From Callorhinchus milii (lineage: Eukaryota): a stretch of DNA of 64,000 bases. The notes under the pieces were generated by a model. The model saw only the letters and a list, made by a program, of their open reading frames with translations. It had not been told where the DNA came from and did not search any database. Every line of letters begins with the position of its first letter. Position 1 is the stretch's first letter. The DNA is taken from NCBI RefSeq assembly GCF_018977255.1, contig NW_024704742.1:103976001-104040000 (forward strand), in the 5' to 3' direction. Shown here piece after piece: positions 14,567 through 25,300 of this stretch. The position numbers and the translations under genes are program-made.

Positions 14567-15040
14567 CAACAACAACAACAAGATTCCATTTATTGAGCGC
14601 CTTTCACGTCGGAAGGACGTCCCAAGGCGCTGTACAGTTGGGTCAGGACCCGAGCAAGGGGGAAATGGTCAGGGTGAGGGAAGGGAGGGAGCGAGGAAGG
14701 GGGAAATGGTCAGGGTGAGGGGAGGGAAGGGAAGGAGCGAGGAGGGGGTAGAGAGTTGAGAGGAGAGCTGAAGGCACAGTCAAAGAGAAAGGTCTTGAGA
14801 CCGGCCTTGAAGGAGGAAAGGGAGGAGGCGGCGAAGGCACTGGGGGATGGAGTTCCAGAGCCTGGGGGCTGAGAGGCTGAAGTCCCGGCCACCGATGGTA
14901 GGGCAGTTGGGGCGGGGGATGTGGAGCAGACCGGAGCCAGAGGAACGGAGGGTACGGGCAGGTAGGTAGGGGGATAGTAGGTCGGAGAGGTAGGAGGGAG
15001 CGAGGCCGTGAATGGCCTTGTAGGTGAGGATGAGGATGAG
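14567..15040 (-). mobile_element. Young L2 3' fragment in SRP19 intron 4
   Basis: Near-identical reverse complement of about 11420-11855, with (CAA)n tail. Confidence 0.9.
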
Positions 15041-15107
15041 CCGTAAGTTTGCAATATAAATAGAATACCATGACTAGCACAACCCGAGTGATAAAACATA
15101 AACTTAC

Positions 15108-15216
15108 GTGTAGGAAACTGTTCAAAACATAAGGTTCCATCTTCATTTTTTAGTTGAATACGTATTCTGCCTCTGAACTGAACATCTCTGTTCCATTCTC
15201 GTGGGTATAGTTTATT
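15108..15216 (-). CDS. SRP19: SRP19 exon 4, 109 bp
   Basis: cttttcag|AAT AAA CTA...ACA C|gtaagt; NKLYPREWNRDVQFRGRIRIQLKNEDGTLCFEQFPT. Confidence 0.95.
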
Positions 15217-15318
15217 CTGAAAAGAGTTTAAAAGATGTGTAAGTATAGACCATTTATTTGATTCTTTTTTGAAGATCCTTCAGAAATAGCACAAATATTA
15301 ATTTAAAATGAAGCATAC

Positions 15319-15390
15319 CTCGACAACCACATTTAGTCCTGCTGCTGTGCAAACATCTCGAATCTCTCCAAATGTTGGGTTTTCAACAGC
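15319..15390 (-). CDS. SRP19: SRP19 exon 3, 72 bp
   Basis: gtgcag|GCT GTT GAA...GTC GAG|gtatgc; AVENPTFGEIRDVCTAAGLNVVVE. Confidence 0.95.
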
Positions 15391-15439
15391 CTGCACACAA
15401 CAAAAAAGCATCACAAAAGACCAACAGATTTTGCAATAG

Positions 15440-15783
15440 AAATGGAATACAAAACGAGGGGATTTGACTGGGTAAATAGTGAGAAGCTACGTCCACTGAT
15501 TAGGGAATCAGTAACAAGAAGACATAGATATAACATAGTCATAAGAGTCAGAATTTAGGAGATTTTTTAATAGTTATTGGGATGGAAATGTCCTGTCAAG
15601 CGGGTGGTAGAGACAGAGTCGATTGTGAGTTTCCAGAGAGAAGTAATTAAATATATGAAAAATTAAGGCTTGAGATGGGGCCTGTGTATAGGGCCGGGCA
15701 GTGGGATTGAAAGCACAACTTGCTCTGAGCTCCGATGCAGACTCAATAGGCCTAATGGCCTCCATTCTATGATTTTATGATCT
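15440..15783 (+). mobile_element. CR1 3' fragment in SRP19 intron 2
   Basis: Similar to 51355-51720; ends ttctatgattttatga. Confidence 0.7.
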
Positions 15784-15807
15784 AGAAAACACAGTATCAA
15801 TCTTCAC

Positions 15808-15883
15808 CTTTTCTACTGGTATTCTCCTGCCATCTGAGAGGGTCTTCTTGTTGTTTATATATGCTGGATATATACAAATAAAC
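15808..15883 (-). CDS. SRP19: SRP19 exon 2, 76 bp
   Basis: tttgcag|G TTT ATT TGT...GAA AAG|gtgaag; FICIYPAYINNKKTLSDGRRIPVEK (SRP19 signature). Confidence 0.95.
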
Positions 15884-15989
15884 CTGCAAAACGGAAAGAC
15901 AAGAAAGTCCATTTAGATTTTGAACCCACCTAAAATCATAATCATACAGATAAGCCATCATCAGTCCACCCCCAATTATTTTTGAAGTA

Positions 15990-16470
15990 GTTCTGATAAA
16001 GTAGATAAATGCAGAGGATGTGATGCATATGGATTTTCAAAAGGCCTTTGATAAGGTGCTCGTGGCTAGAACCAGGACGTGTGGAATCATGGAAGACATA
16101 GTAGAATGGATTGAAAGAGGGTGGTAAACAGAGGAGTAAAGGACAGTGAGTAAGAATTGGAAAATGCTGGTCTGCAAAGGTTCACTGCTGTTCACCAGGC
16201 ACAGAAATGATTAGGAATCAAACACAAGAGGTATGTCAAAATTCACCGAGGGCACTGAACTGGTATGGGAAATAATGTATGCCAAAAGACGCAGGAGGGC
16301 AAACAGACTTGCAGAATGGGCAGATGATGTTCAATATAGAAACATGTGAAGTGATTTACTTTGGTAAGAGGAAGTTGGCAGTTCGTGCCCAGATAAGGCC
16401 ATAAAATGAAACAGCTCAACTGTAGTTAGACCACATTTTGAATACCGGGTACAGTTGTGGTCACAGTAGG
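15990..16470 (+). mobile_element. Decayed CR1 RT fragment in SRP19 intron 1
   Basis: atggattttcaaaaggcctttgataaggtgc (DFQKAFDKV) and gttagaccacattttgaatac remnants. Confidence 0.65.
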
Positions 16471-16489
16471 ATAATGAGGGCCATTGACT

Positions 16490-16925
16490 GTTGAGTATGA
16501 CTCAGCAGATAGCTAACTTGCCTCTGAGTCATAAGATTGCGGTTCAAGCCTCACATCAGGACTTAGAACTATGCTTACACTCCGATGCAATGCTGGGGAT
16601 GTGCTGCACTGTGAGATGTTGCCCTTCGGCCGAGGACCATCTACTTGTTCAGGCAGATGTTAACAAAAACAAATTGCATTTATATAGTGCCTTTCATGTC
16701 AGAAGGATCAAAGATCCCATAGGGCTGTTCAAAAAGAGTTACTCCTGGTGTTTTGGTCAGTAACTTATCCATTTCACTTATGGCTGTTTGTGGGACATTG
16801 CCATGTGCACAGCTCAGCTGCCACATTCGCCCGGTCAGTTCACCTTACAGTAAATCCTGTAAAGCGCTTTGGGACGTCAAGAGGTGAAAGGTGCTTTACC
16901 AAAAACAAAAAAATTATTATTGTAT
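16490..16925 (+). mobile_element. Older tRNA-headed SINE with Deu-like centre and L2-type tail (related pieces at about 11865-12045 +, 2875-2950 - and 20145-20235 +)
   Basis: ctcag...ctctgagtcataagattgcggttcaagcc head, aaagatcccat...ttcaaaaagag centre, aaagcgctttgggacgtc tail; family assignment from recall. Confidence 0.55.
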
Positions 16926-17099
16926 TACAGGAAGGGAGAGAGTTCAGTTTAGATTTATTTGGATGTCACAAGGGAAGAGAGGATAGAACCATCAGGAGAG
17001 TCTGGACAGGATAGGGCTTTTATTCCAGTGCAGATGAGTGATACTGACATGAGGCCTTTAAATTTATGAAGGGGAGAGCAAATAAGACTGTTTGCACCT

Positions 17100-17283
17100 G
17101 TGAGTGAGTGAGACAGTGAGTGAGTGAGACAGTGTGTGAGACAGTACCATGTATGAGACAGTGGGTGAGATAGTGAGGGAGGGAGACATTGAGTGAGTGA
17201 AATCGTGAGTGAGGGAGACAGTAAGTGACATAGTCAGTTAGTGAGGGAGGGAGACAGTGAGGGAAGGAGACAGTGAGTGAGAA
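17100..17283 (+). repeat. (GAGT)n / GAGACAGT degenerate tandem repeat
   Basis: Repeated gtgagtgagacag units. Confidence 0.8.
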
Positions 17284-17517
17284 ACAACAACAACAACAAC
17301 AAGATTCCATTTATAAAGCGCCTTTCACGTCAGGAGGACGTCCCAAGGCGCTGCACAGTTGGGTCATGACCCGAGCAGGGGGGAAATGGTCAGGGTGAGG
17401 GGAGGGAAGGGAGGGAGCGAGGAGGGGGGAAATGGTCAGGGTGAGGGGAGGGAAGGGAGGGAGCGAGGAGGGGGAAGAGAGTCGAGAGGGGAGCTGAAGG
17501 CACGGTCAAAGAGAAAA
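17284..17517 (-). mobile_element. Young L2 3' end in SRP19 intron 1
   Basis: Same 3' UTR and (CAA)n tail as the 14567 copy. Confidence 0.88.
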
Positions 17518-18170
17518 GTGGGGGGATGGGGGGTGCTGGTGTGGGGGGGGGTGCCGGTGTGTGTGGGGTGGGAGGTGATGGGGGGTGCTGGTGTGGGGGG
17601 GGTGGGAGGTGATGGGGGGTGCTGGTGTGTGTGGGGGGTGCCGGTGTGTGTGGGGTGGGAGGTGATGGGGGGTGCTGGTGATGGGGGGGTGCTGGTGTGG
17701 GGGGGGTGCTGGTGTGGGGGCTGGTGCTGGTGTGTGGGGGGTGGTGCTGGTGTGGGGGGGGTGCTGGTGTGTGTGGGGTGGGAGGTGATGGGGGGTGCTG
17801 GTGTGGGACGGGGTGCTGGTGTGGGGGGGGGTGCTGGTGTGTATGAGGGGGAGGTGATGGGGGGGGGGCGTGCTGGTGTGTGTGTGAGGGTGTGTGTGTG
17901 TGGGGGGGGTGAGGGGGGGTGATGGGGGGGGTGTGGTGATGGTGAGGGGGGGTGAGGGAGGGTGAGGGTGAGTGAGGCTGAGGGGGGTGTAGGGGGTGTG
18001 ATGGGGGTGAGGGGGGGGTGGTGATGGTGTGAGGGGGGGTTGAGGGGGTGTGTAGGGGGTGTGAGGGGGGGGTGTAGGGGGTTGAGGGGGTGTGTAGGGG
18101 GTGTGAGGGTGAGGGGGGTGTAGGGGGGTGAGGGGTGTAGGGGGTGTGAGGGGGGTTGAGGCTGAGGGTA
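17518..18170 (+). repeat. G-rich low-complexity / minisatellite tract
   Basis: Degenerate GGGGGTGCTGGTGTG and GAGGGGGGTGTAGGGG units; very few C in the distal half. Confidence 0.9.
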
Positions 18171-18185
18171 AATGCTGATCTTTAC

Positions 18186-18223
18186 CTCTCTTTATCCGCG
18201 TGAGTTTTGTCCAAATAAACCAT
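18186..18223 (-). CDS. SRP19: SRP19 exon 1 coding part, 38 bp
   Basis: acaacATGG Kozak context; MVYLDKTHADKE(R)|gtaaag. The five exons total 426 nt = 141 aa + stop. Confidence 0.9.
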
Positions 18224-18227
18224 GTTG

Positions 18228-18560
18228 TCTCGCGCTGCCCCGCCCGCCCGCCCGCCCGCCCGGCCCCGCCCCCTCCCGCACAGCCACCGGGACAGGATGT
18301 CCCGCCTCTAACCCGCACCTGATTGGTCGATACCGACCATCCCCGAGACACCTTTGTTGAACGCAACTTCCGTTCTGGAAACGCCACGACACCTTCCGGT
18401 CTCTCCGCCGCTTCACTCGTGTGTCGCCCGCAATACCGTCCCCAGAGGAACGAGTGGTGTCAGCGTTTAGTTCCCACCCCCTCAGCCGGGTGTCTGACAC
18501 GTCACCATGTTTAACCGCATCCAAACCGAGCTGAGCTTTTCCTGTGTCCCACCTCCATCC
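18228..18560 (-). promoter_or_regulatory. SRP19 CpG-rich promoter / 5' UTR
   Basis: CpG-dense stretch directly upstream of the ATG with GC boxes (CCCGCCC repeats at about 18238-18272), CCAAT on the minus strand at 18322-18326, and ETS-like CTTCCG motifs near 18368 and 18393. Confidence 0.75.
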
Positions 18561-18665
18561 GGGAATCCCAGTGGGTTGGAATGGAATGTACGGTCTCTGC
18601 CCGAAGAGCACCACCCGCTCACCTGAATCAGCAGAGTTTTACACACACCTTTGTGGTGACCTCAG

Positions 18666-18957
18666 AGAGTGTGTTGGGGTACTCCTGGAGTCTAACCAGC
18701 TAAAGCCGCATAGCTTGCCATTGATTTTGCTGTCTGGCAAGCTTTCCCGCTGCTTGTCCCGCTAGGACTACCCTACCCTTTAGAGCTTTGGGCTATAGGG
18801 TTAACAGGAGTTGAGTGCGATGACTCCCTGCCCCAGTGACTGGACTGCCCTTCCAGGTCCTGCTGATGAGCCAGACTGGCTGTGCTGTCACCAGCAGTGC
18901 TCTGGAATACTGTGGACCCGCTTGGCTCAGGAACCGGTCTACAGAGACCACCACAGC
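18666..18957. repeat. Unclassified interspersed repeat (second copy at 57950-58165)
   Basis: Shared blocks such as ctggagtctaaccagctaaa and ctgcccttccaggtcctgc. Confidence 0.75.
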
Positions 18958-20010
18958 GGACTTTCGATTTTGACGCTCCATCGCCAGGCATGTCACCTTG
19001 GAGCCAACTGAGCCCAAATAAGCTCTGATGAAAACAAAAATGAACTTTCCCTGTGACGAGTTTCTGCTTCTGCTACAAGACAAACCCTGTGGCTCATAAC
19101 CCAAACTCTCACACTCAGGATTTCCCAATGTTGACTGCTCTGCAGTAGTCACCTCCTCTGTCTGCCACCATCAGGTTTGAAGATTATTATTTTTTTTACG
19201 GAAGCACCAAGTGGAATATGTGCCCGAGGAGATTCAGTTAATCCTTTTTTCTCCTTAAGTTTTGCCACTGTGGATTTCCCAAAAATACATATTCATCTTC
19301 GAATGGTTAAAGTATGTTAATATTGATAATGAAGGCTATTTTGTTATTATCTAATCAAATGTGATTTAACAATGTGACCCATTATTAGCCCCGTTAGCCA
19401 TAAAATTTGCATAACATTTGAATGCACAAAAACTGAAACTTTCATTTTATAATTGGTGAGCTTCCTTTATAAAAGTTGTGATATAGTTTTCACAGTGTAA
19501 TGTCTCACCCAGTGGAGATTCATTTGCTTTTGATTTTTATAGCATGACACAAAGAATTGAAGTTGTCCCAGTGAAGCAAGATCACATGAATCTGGTTCAA
19601 ACTCTTATTAGTAGTGAGATTATCATAAATAGGCTTTGTTGTGTCATGTCCTGAAGTGCAAAAATATAGACTTTCAACCACACTGGAGTTAAATTGCATT
19701 TGATATTATCACATCACATGTTTGATAGGTTAACCTCCCTGACGCTGTTCTCAAATAGTAACATCCATGAAACTGGGCTTTGGACTTCCAGCTCGTCAAA
19801 TATCTGCAAATGTTTGCGTATTATATAAGCAAACCATTATGAATGAATGCAGACAATAGGTAAAAAAAAATTCAAAATTCAAAAGCAGTTTTAATGCAGC
19901 ATAAAGCACAGAACCCTATATTAATAGTGTATTGTTTTTTGTTTCTTTCTTGAGTCTTATTTACAGTGAGTGAATTTACTGTAAACCTATTGCTAACTCA
20001 GACATCCATC

Positions 20011-20028
20011 TACCACAAGAGGGCAGTG
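20011..20028 (+). promoter_or_regulatory. CTCF-like motif
   Basis: taCCACAAGAGGGCAGtg closely follows the CTCF core consensus; lies between the APC 3' end and the SRP19 promoter. Confidence 0.55.
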
Positions 20029-21396
20029 TCTTAAAATAGGGTAACTAACTTGAAATCATCTGGATTGGATTCTCAAATATTCTTTTATGAAAACAAGCTA
20101 ATTTTTTGAGATATTTATTCATTTGGATTATTTTGAACTTTAGGTGTGAGCTTGGCTCAGTTGGTAGCATTCTCGCCTGAGAAGGTTGTGGGTTCAAGCC
20201 CCATGTCAAGAATTTCAACTCCAGTCTTCAGTACACTGCTGGTGAGGAGGGGTTTCAACTCTGATGTGGTATTTGTGATCTCATCCAAGGTGTGGTGTGC
20301 AGGTGTTCACAAATGGCAAGAGCAATTTACAGGAAAGGTTGGAAAATTGAGGCTCAGAGAAGAAACCGGTCATTTTACCTACAAGAAAATGGATCAATTA
20401 ACACTGCAACTGAAGAGGAACTAAAGACTTCAATGCAACCATGTGTATTGCACCTACTCACCCTCAACGTCCTTAGAAGGCTGTAGTGATAAAATACGTG
20501 TTAACATCAGCATATTCTGAGTTCTGTAGATTTTAGAACCCTTTACAGAGCCTGGATGGACAGGTTGTCCTCACCGACAATTATATATCTACAAAGATTT
20601 GAGCCATATTCTTTGGGTATATTTTAAATAGATATGATCTAAAAGTGATTTTTCTCCTTTTAGTTCCCTCAAATACAGGCATTTTTCCTGCAATGGACAG
20701 TTATGGAGGCATATAAGATTTTAAAATGGGATTGAGAAAATAAACCAGACCCACATGGTTTGGAACTGGACTATTGAGACCACCACAGTGGGCCGTCTGA
20801 ATTCAAACAGTCCATTGTTGGCATCTTAAGGAAACCCTGCAAACCTTCACCCCCCACCCACAGGAGACTGGGTATGAGAACAGTAGCCCGTGGACTGTAT
20901 GGTCTCATTGTGTGGGGGATTTTTAGGACATTATTTGATGAAATTGACCTCTTTAAAATAGCTACTAACAGGATCATTAATCTCAATTATTTTAGGTATA
21001 GGTAAATGCACTCTGGTGTTGTCATTCTGCAAGAAACCATTGGGTCTGATCAAATAGCAAAAAAAGTGCAGATCAGGTTGATTAGGAGTCTGGTGCTTTT
21101 TGTAATAAATTTCTTCGATGGACATTTTGAAAGATCTGGAAGTCCAGGGTAGATGTAGTCTGAGATCTAGAATGATATTGACAGTGTCAGTTGCACATGT
21201 GCATAGTTTTTTGAATTTGTGAGAATGAGGTTCATAAGACAAGAGTCTGGAAATTTGCGCATCAGAAACCGGTGAGAGCTTCACAATTCTGCAGATTTGA
21301 CAACTTAATGAACAAGCCCAAAAACAAGTTTTCTTCCATGTGAGATTAACTTTGTAAACATTCAACTGACGCAAAGAAAAATACATACAGTAATAA

Positions 21397-21402
21397 TTTA
21401 TT
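21397..21402 (-). terminator. Candidate APC polyadenylation signal
   Basis: Minus-strand AATAAA about 920 nt after the TGA, followed by TGTATGTATTTTTCTTTG (GU/U-rich downstream element). Confidence 0.5.
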
Positions 21403-22146
21403 CTGAAATGTTCATTTAGTTCTTTTGAGACGATTTCCGTCTCATTCATAAAAGAGCAGCCATCTCACCTCAAATAACAATATACAACAAGTTACAGCAT
21501 AGCAATGGGTCTATCTACTTTCTGATGAAATCTAGATCAGAAAAGAAAATACTCCAGTCCAAGGCTGCAAGGTTACAGACAATCTCTCTTTGCAGCGCGC
21601 GCACACACACACAGCAGTGTACATGAATACACCGTAGCTATCTATGCACATCATATGACCACAGAATTGAGTCATTGCTTTGGACAACATACCATCCAAT
21701 CTGATCATGCAGAAGAGCAGGCTGGGGAAGGCTGTTGTGGCAGAAATCATGTCTGTGAATTTCTGAATTTCACAGCTGCATGATTCTTCACAAGGTTAGG
21801 GTACTTCACAATTACAAATGTGGAATATTAATAATACTCATTTCATTCACCTTTTTGCATGGATGTAATTAGATATCTAGTTTAAAACTCCCTGCCATTT
21901 TTTTTGCTATTAAATTGTTAAACATGATTGGTACAGCATTATACATTTTAATGGATTTGCCTAAATCATTTCCAAGTATGTTTTTTTTAGTTATAAGCCA
22001 AGCAATACATAAAGGATCATGGCAGGAACTCTTAATACAGAATACATGTAAAACGGACTGTACAATGGGTTTTCTTTGACAGCTGCAATGACCTCAAACC
22101 TCATAACCAAATGCATCTCCACCAGCATTAACAGTTTTCTAACAAA

Positions 22147-22154
22147 TATGGCTT
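22147..22154 (-). promoter_or_regulatory. miR-135 8mer seed match in the APC 3' UTR
   Basis: Minus-strand AAGCCATA, complementary to the miR-135 5' end UAUGGCUU. Confidence 0.6.
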
Positions 22155-22322
22155 CCTGAACAAAGACCCTTTTGCAGAGAGAGAAAAAAAACAGTAAGAG
22201 ATATTTACAGAACATATCCAAGTTGATAGGTAATTATTGTAAAACCAGCAGTCATCTCAAATATCAGACATTTGTACCAAAATCCTACATAATAATCAGT
22301 TTCCTACAATCACAAAGTTCTC

Positions 22323-25300
22323 TCAAACAGAAGTCACTAAATAGGATCCAGAATGACGTTTTGGGCTTTGATTTCCACTTGATTCGGTGCTTTCAGGTTT
22401 AGAGTTCTCCTTTTTCTTGGTGCTGGTTACAGGGGTTGGAATCTGTGATGGTCTGGAGGCGCTGCTGTCGGTGCTGCTTTTACGAGGACTGGGGATATAG
22501 TTGAATGGGGTAACTCTGGCAGCTACGGTACCGCTAGGTGAGCTGTGCTTGCTTGAGCTGTTTGAACTAAAAGGCGTACGCTCGGTGACGATATTGTTCT
22601 CGATCTCCGGTGAAGTAGCAGAACTGTTCACAGCAGACTTCAATTCTGTTGCCTTCTCGGGACTATCCGTCTGAAGAAATGAATTCAAGCGGTGCTCCAT
22701 TCGTGGAGCTCGAGGAGGGGTTCCACGTCCTGGCATTTGTCTATTCTGTGAATCACCTGAACCCTCATCATCTGGAGACATTTCGGGCAAATCATCGATA
22801 ACTGGGGGTGTATTAGTTGATGGGGATTTTCCTGGCCGAGGGTTGTTTATTGGACAGTCTTCAATTCTCACCCACACATCCTCAGTCTTTGACACAGGAG
22901 GAGCCATCTGGTAAACTAAACTTTTGGATTCATTACTATTTGCAGCTGAACTCTGAGGGTGGCTGCTCATTTGTAGAATTTCATTATCTTTTATTTTTCT
23001 CCAGGTTCCCCTCAAGGGCACTGCACTTTCCTTGGGTTGTTTATTGCCGTGGGTAAAACTTCCGAGATGCGGCTTCTCATCTTCACTTTTGGCCTTTTCA
23101 CTCGATTCTGAAGAAGCTGACAGAATTGATGAGGAGCTCCCTGTTCTTCGCCATGTGCTTACTCGAGGAAGGGATGAGGAATGTTTGCTATGTTCACGTT
23201 TCCATGTTCCTGATCTGTTCACAGGAAGCCTCGAAGGACTTTCAGAATGAGAACGAGCTATGTCAGGCCTCCTCATTGCCCTCCCATCTAAATATTCTGC
23301 AGTGAGGTTCTGATTTGGAGGTACTTTCCTCCAACTGCTGGTTTGGTTGGATAAATGACTTAGCATCATATCTTGATGCTGAGATGGACTTAAAACTGGA
23401 GTCTGGGTTTGTGGTCTGGTTGGCGAGGCAGGTCTGGAGGGCGGCGATAAAGATTCAAAAGAAGTTGATTCCTCTAATTTCCTCCTCAACGTTGGACTCG
23501 GGGCTTCTTTTATAAAAGTTGACTGACGCATTAAAGTGGGTCTCTCCGACCTGTCAGACTCACTGCCACTCGACTTTGTTGAAGACATTCTTGATAGTTC
23601 CACTCTCTTAGGTGGTACAGTGTTATTGGCACCCTGGTTGAATCCCTTAGGGCTTGATTCACTTCTTGTGATAGAAGCTGTGTTCTTTCCTAGATTAGTT
23701 TGCCTTGATGGGGCCTGCTGGCTCAGCGATCTCCCTGGAGATGTGTAAGTCATTCTACCTGATCCTCCAGGTTTAGCTGAGGCAGAACCTGGAGAAGTCG
23801 TCCGTGGCAGCTGTGATATCTTGTTAGTGGGGCTGATCCCATTTCTTCCTGGAGAGATGGAACTTCTACCAGGAGACTGCAACGGTCTAGACAAAGACTG
23901 TGGGGATGGTCTAGAAGGTGTGGAATCTCTGGATCCTGATCTTGAAGATCCTTTACTGCTTGATGCTCCCGGAGTCCCTGTGTGCTTGGCTGTAGGACTT
24001 GGGTCAGGTTTGATTGGGCCTTTGATCCCTCTTGGTGAATTACTTGAATTCTGTCCTGGGCTTGGACTTTTAGAGGCTGCATTTTTGGGTGGAGTCTTCT
24101 TTGGAATAGGGCTGGTGCTGGGTGAGCTGTTCCTTACACCTGGTATGTGAATCATGGTCCTTCCACGTGAGATCATGGGCATGTTTGTCTGTTGGTGGTG
24201 TTTAGCCAGACTAGAAGACTCAACATTGGAACGGGCTTTCCCAGTAATCAAACTTTTATATACTTTTTTACCTCCTCGAATAGCTTTTACATTTTCTTCT
24301 TCATTCTTTCTGTTGTCACTTGTGTTTTTCTCTCCCGGTTTTACAATTTTAGGGCCCTTATTAGAAGTGAAGGGCTTTTCCTCCTGGTCAGGTGTAAGGT
24401 GAAAGGGCGATCCTAGGGAGATACCAGATTTAAGAGACAGGATGGAATCAGAATCAGAAGAACCTTGTCTTGACAGGCAAGCAGCAGCCTGGTGCAAACT
24501 ACTAACTATAGAGTTAGCGCCCTCTTGAATGGCTTTCCAGTCAAAGCTTTCGGAATCCGGAGAGAAAGCCTGTTCTGGAATAGGGCTATGCCCTTGTTCT
24601 CTCATACTCATCCCCTCATCGGTGTCCTCACCACCCAAACTGCCACTATTAGCTGCATTTTCACGTTTACTCTTACCTTTTGCAAAGAGTTTTTTCTTTT
24701 TGGGCATGGCTGAAGTGATACACTCCTGTAGAAGATCATCCTCAGAGTCGATGCTGAGAGAGCTGAGGGAGCTGTTTCGAGAAAAGCACACTGGTGTGTC
24801 TTCCACGTGAAATGATTTGGGAGCATAACCGGAACCCTGGGCTCTATTTACAGGCACTGGTTCTCCCTGTTCAGGCTGAGCCGGTGATTTTTTATTATTG
24901 TTCTCCTGGTCAATATCACTGAGAGAGCTAAGCGAGGAATTGCGGGAAAAGCAGACAGGTGTGTCTTCAATCGCAAAATTTTGCATTTTCTCGTCTGTAA
25001 CAGTATCTCTGACACTCATATCTTTTGCCGTTTGAGAGAAAACCGCCTGTTTTTGTAACTTTGACGGTCCTCGGGCCAGCAAGGACTTGTGACCTGGTTG
25101 TTGCCTTCCAGCGGGGAGCTGACTATTGGGGCGCTGTTCATTGTGACAATTCTTTACATCACCAGCGGCATACTTATCTTTTCTGTCTTTCTCTTTCTTC
25201 AGCTCGGCTTTCTCTTTTGTGAGATCCGTGTCATCATCATCAAAGTCGAGTGAGCTCAGGGAATCATTTCGTGAAAAACAATATGGAGTTCCCTCAATTG

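Noticed and set aside
17359..18387. Long Gly/Val-rich (17359-17922 +) and Pro/His/Thr-rich (17506-18387 -) ORFs
   Set aside because: Artefacts of the stop-poor G-rich tract and the adjacent L2 tail
18862..18890. CTGATGAG plus hairpin GCCAG-AC-TGGC as a hammerhead
   Set aside because: No GAAA follows the stem, and the motif is not kept in the second copy near 58075
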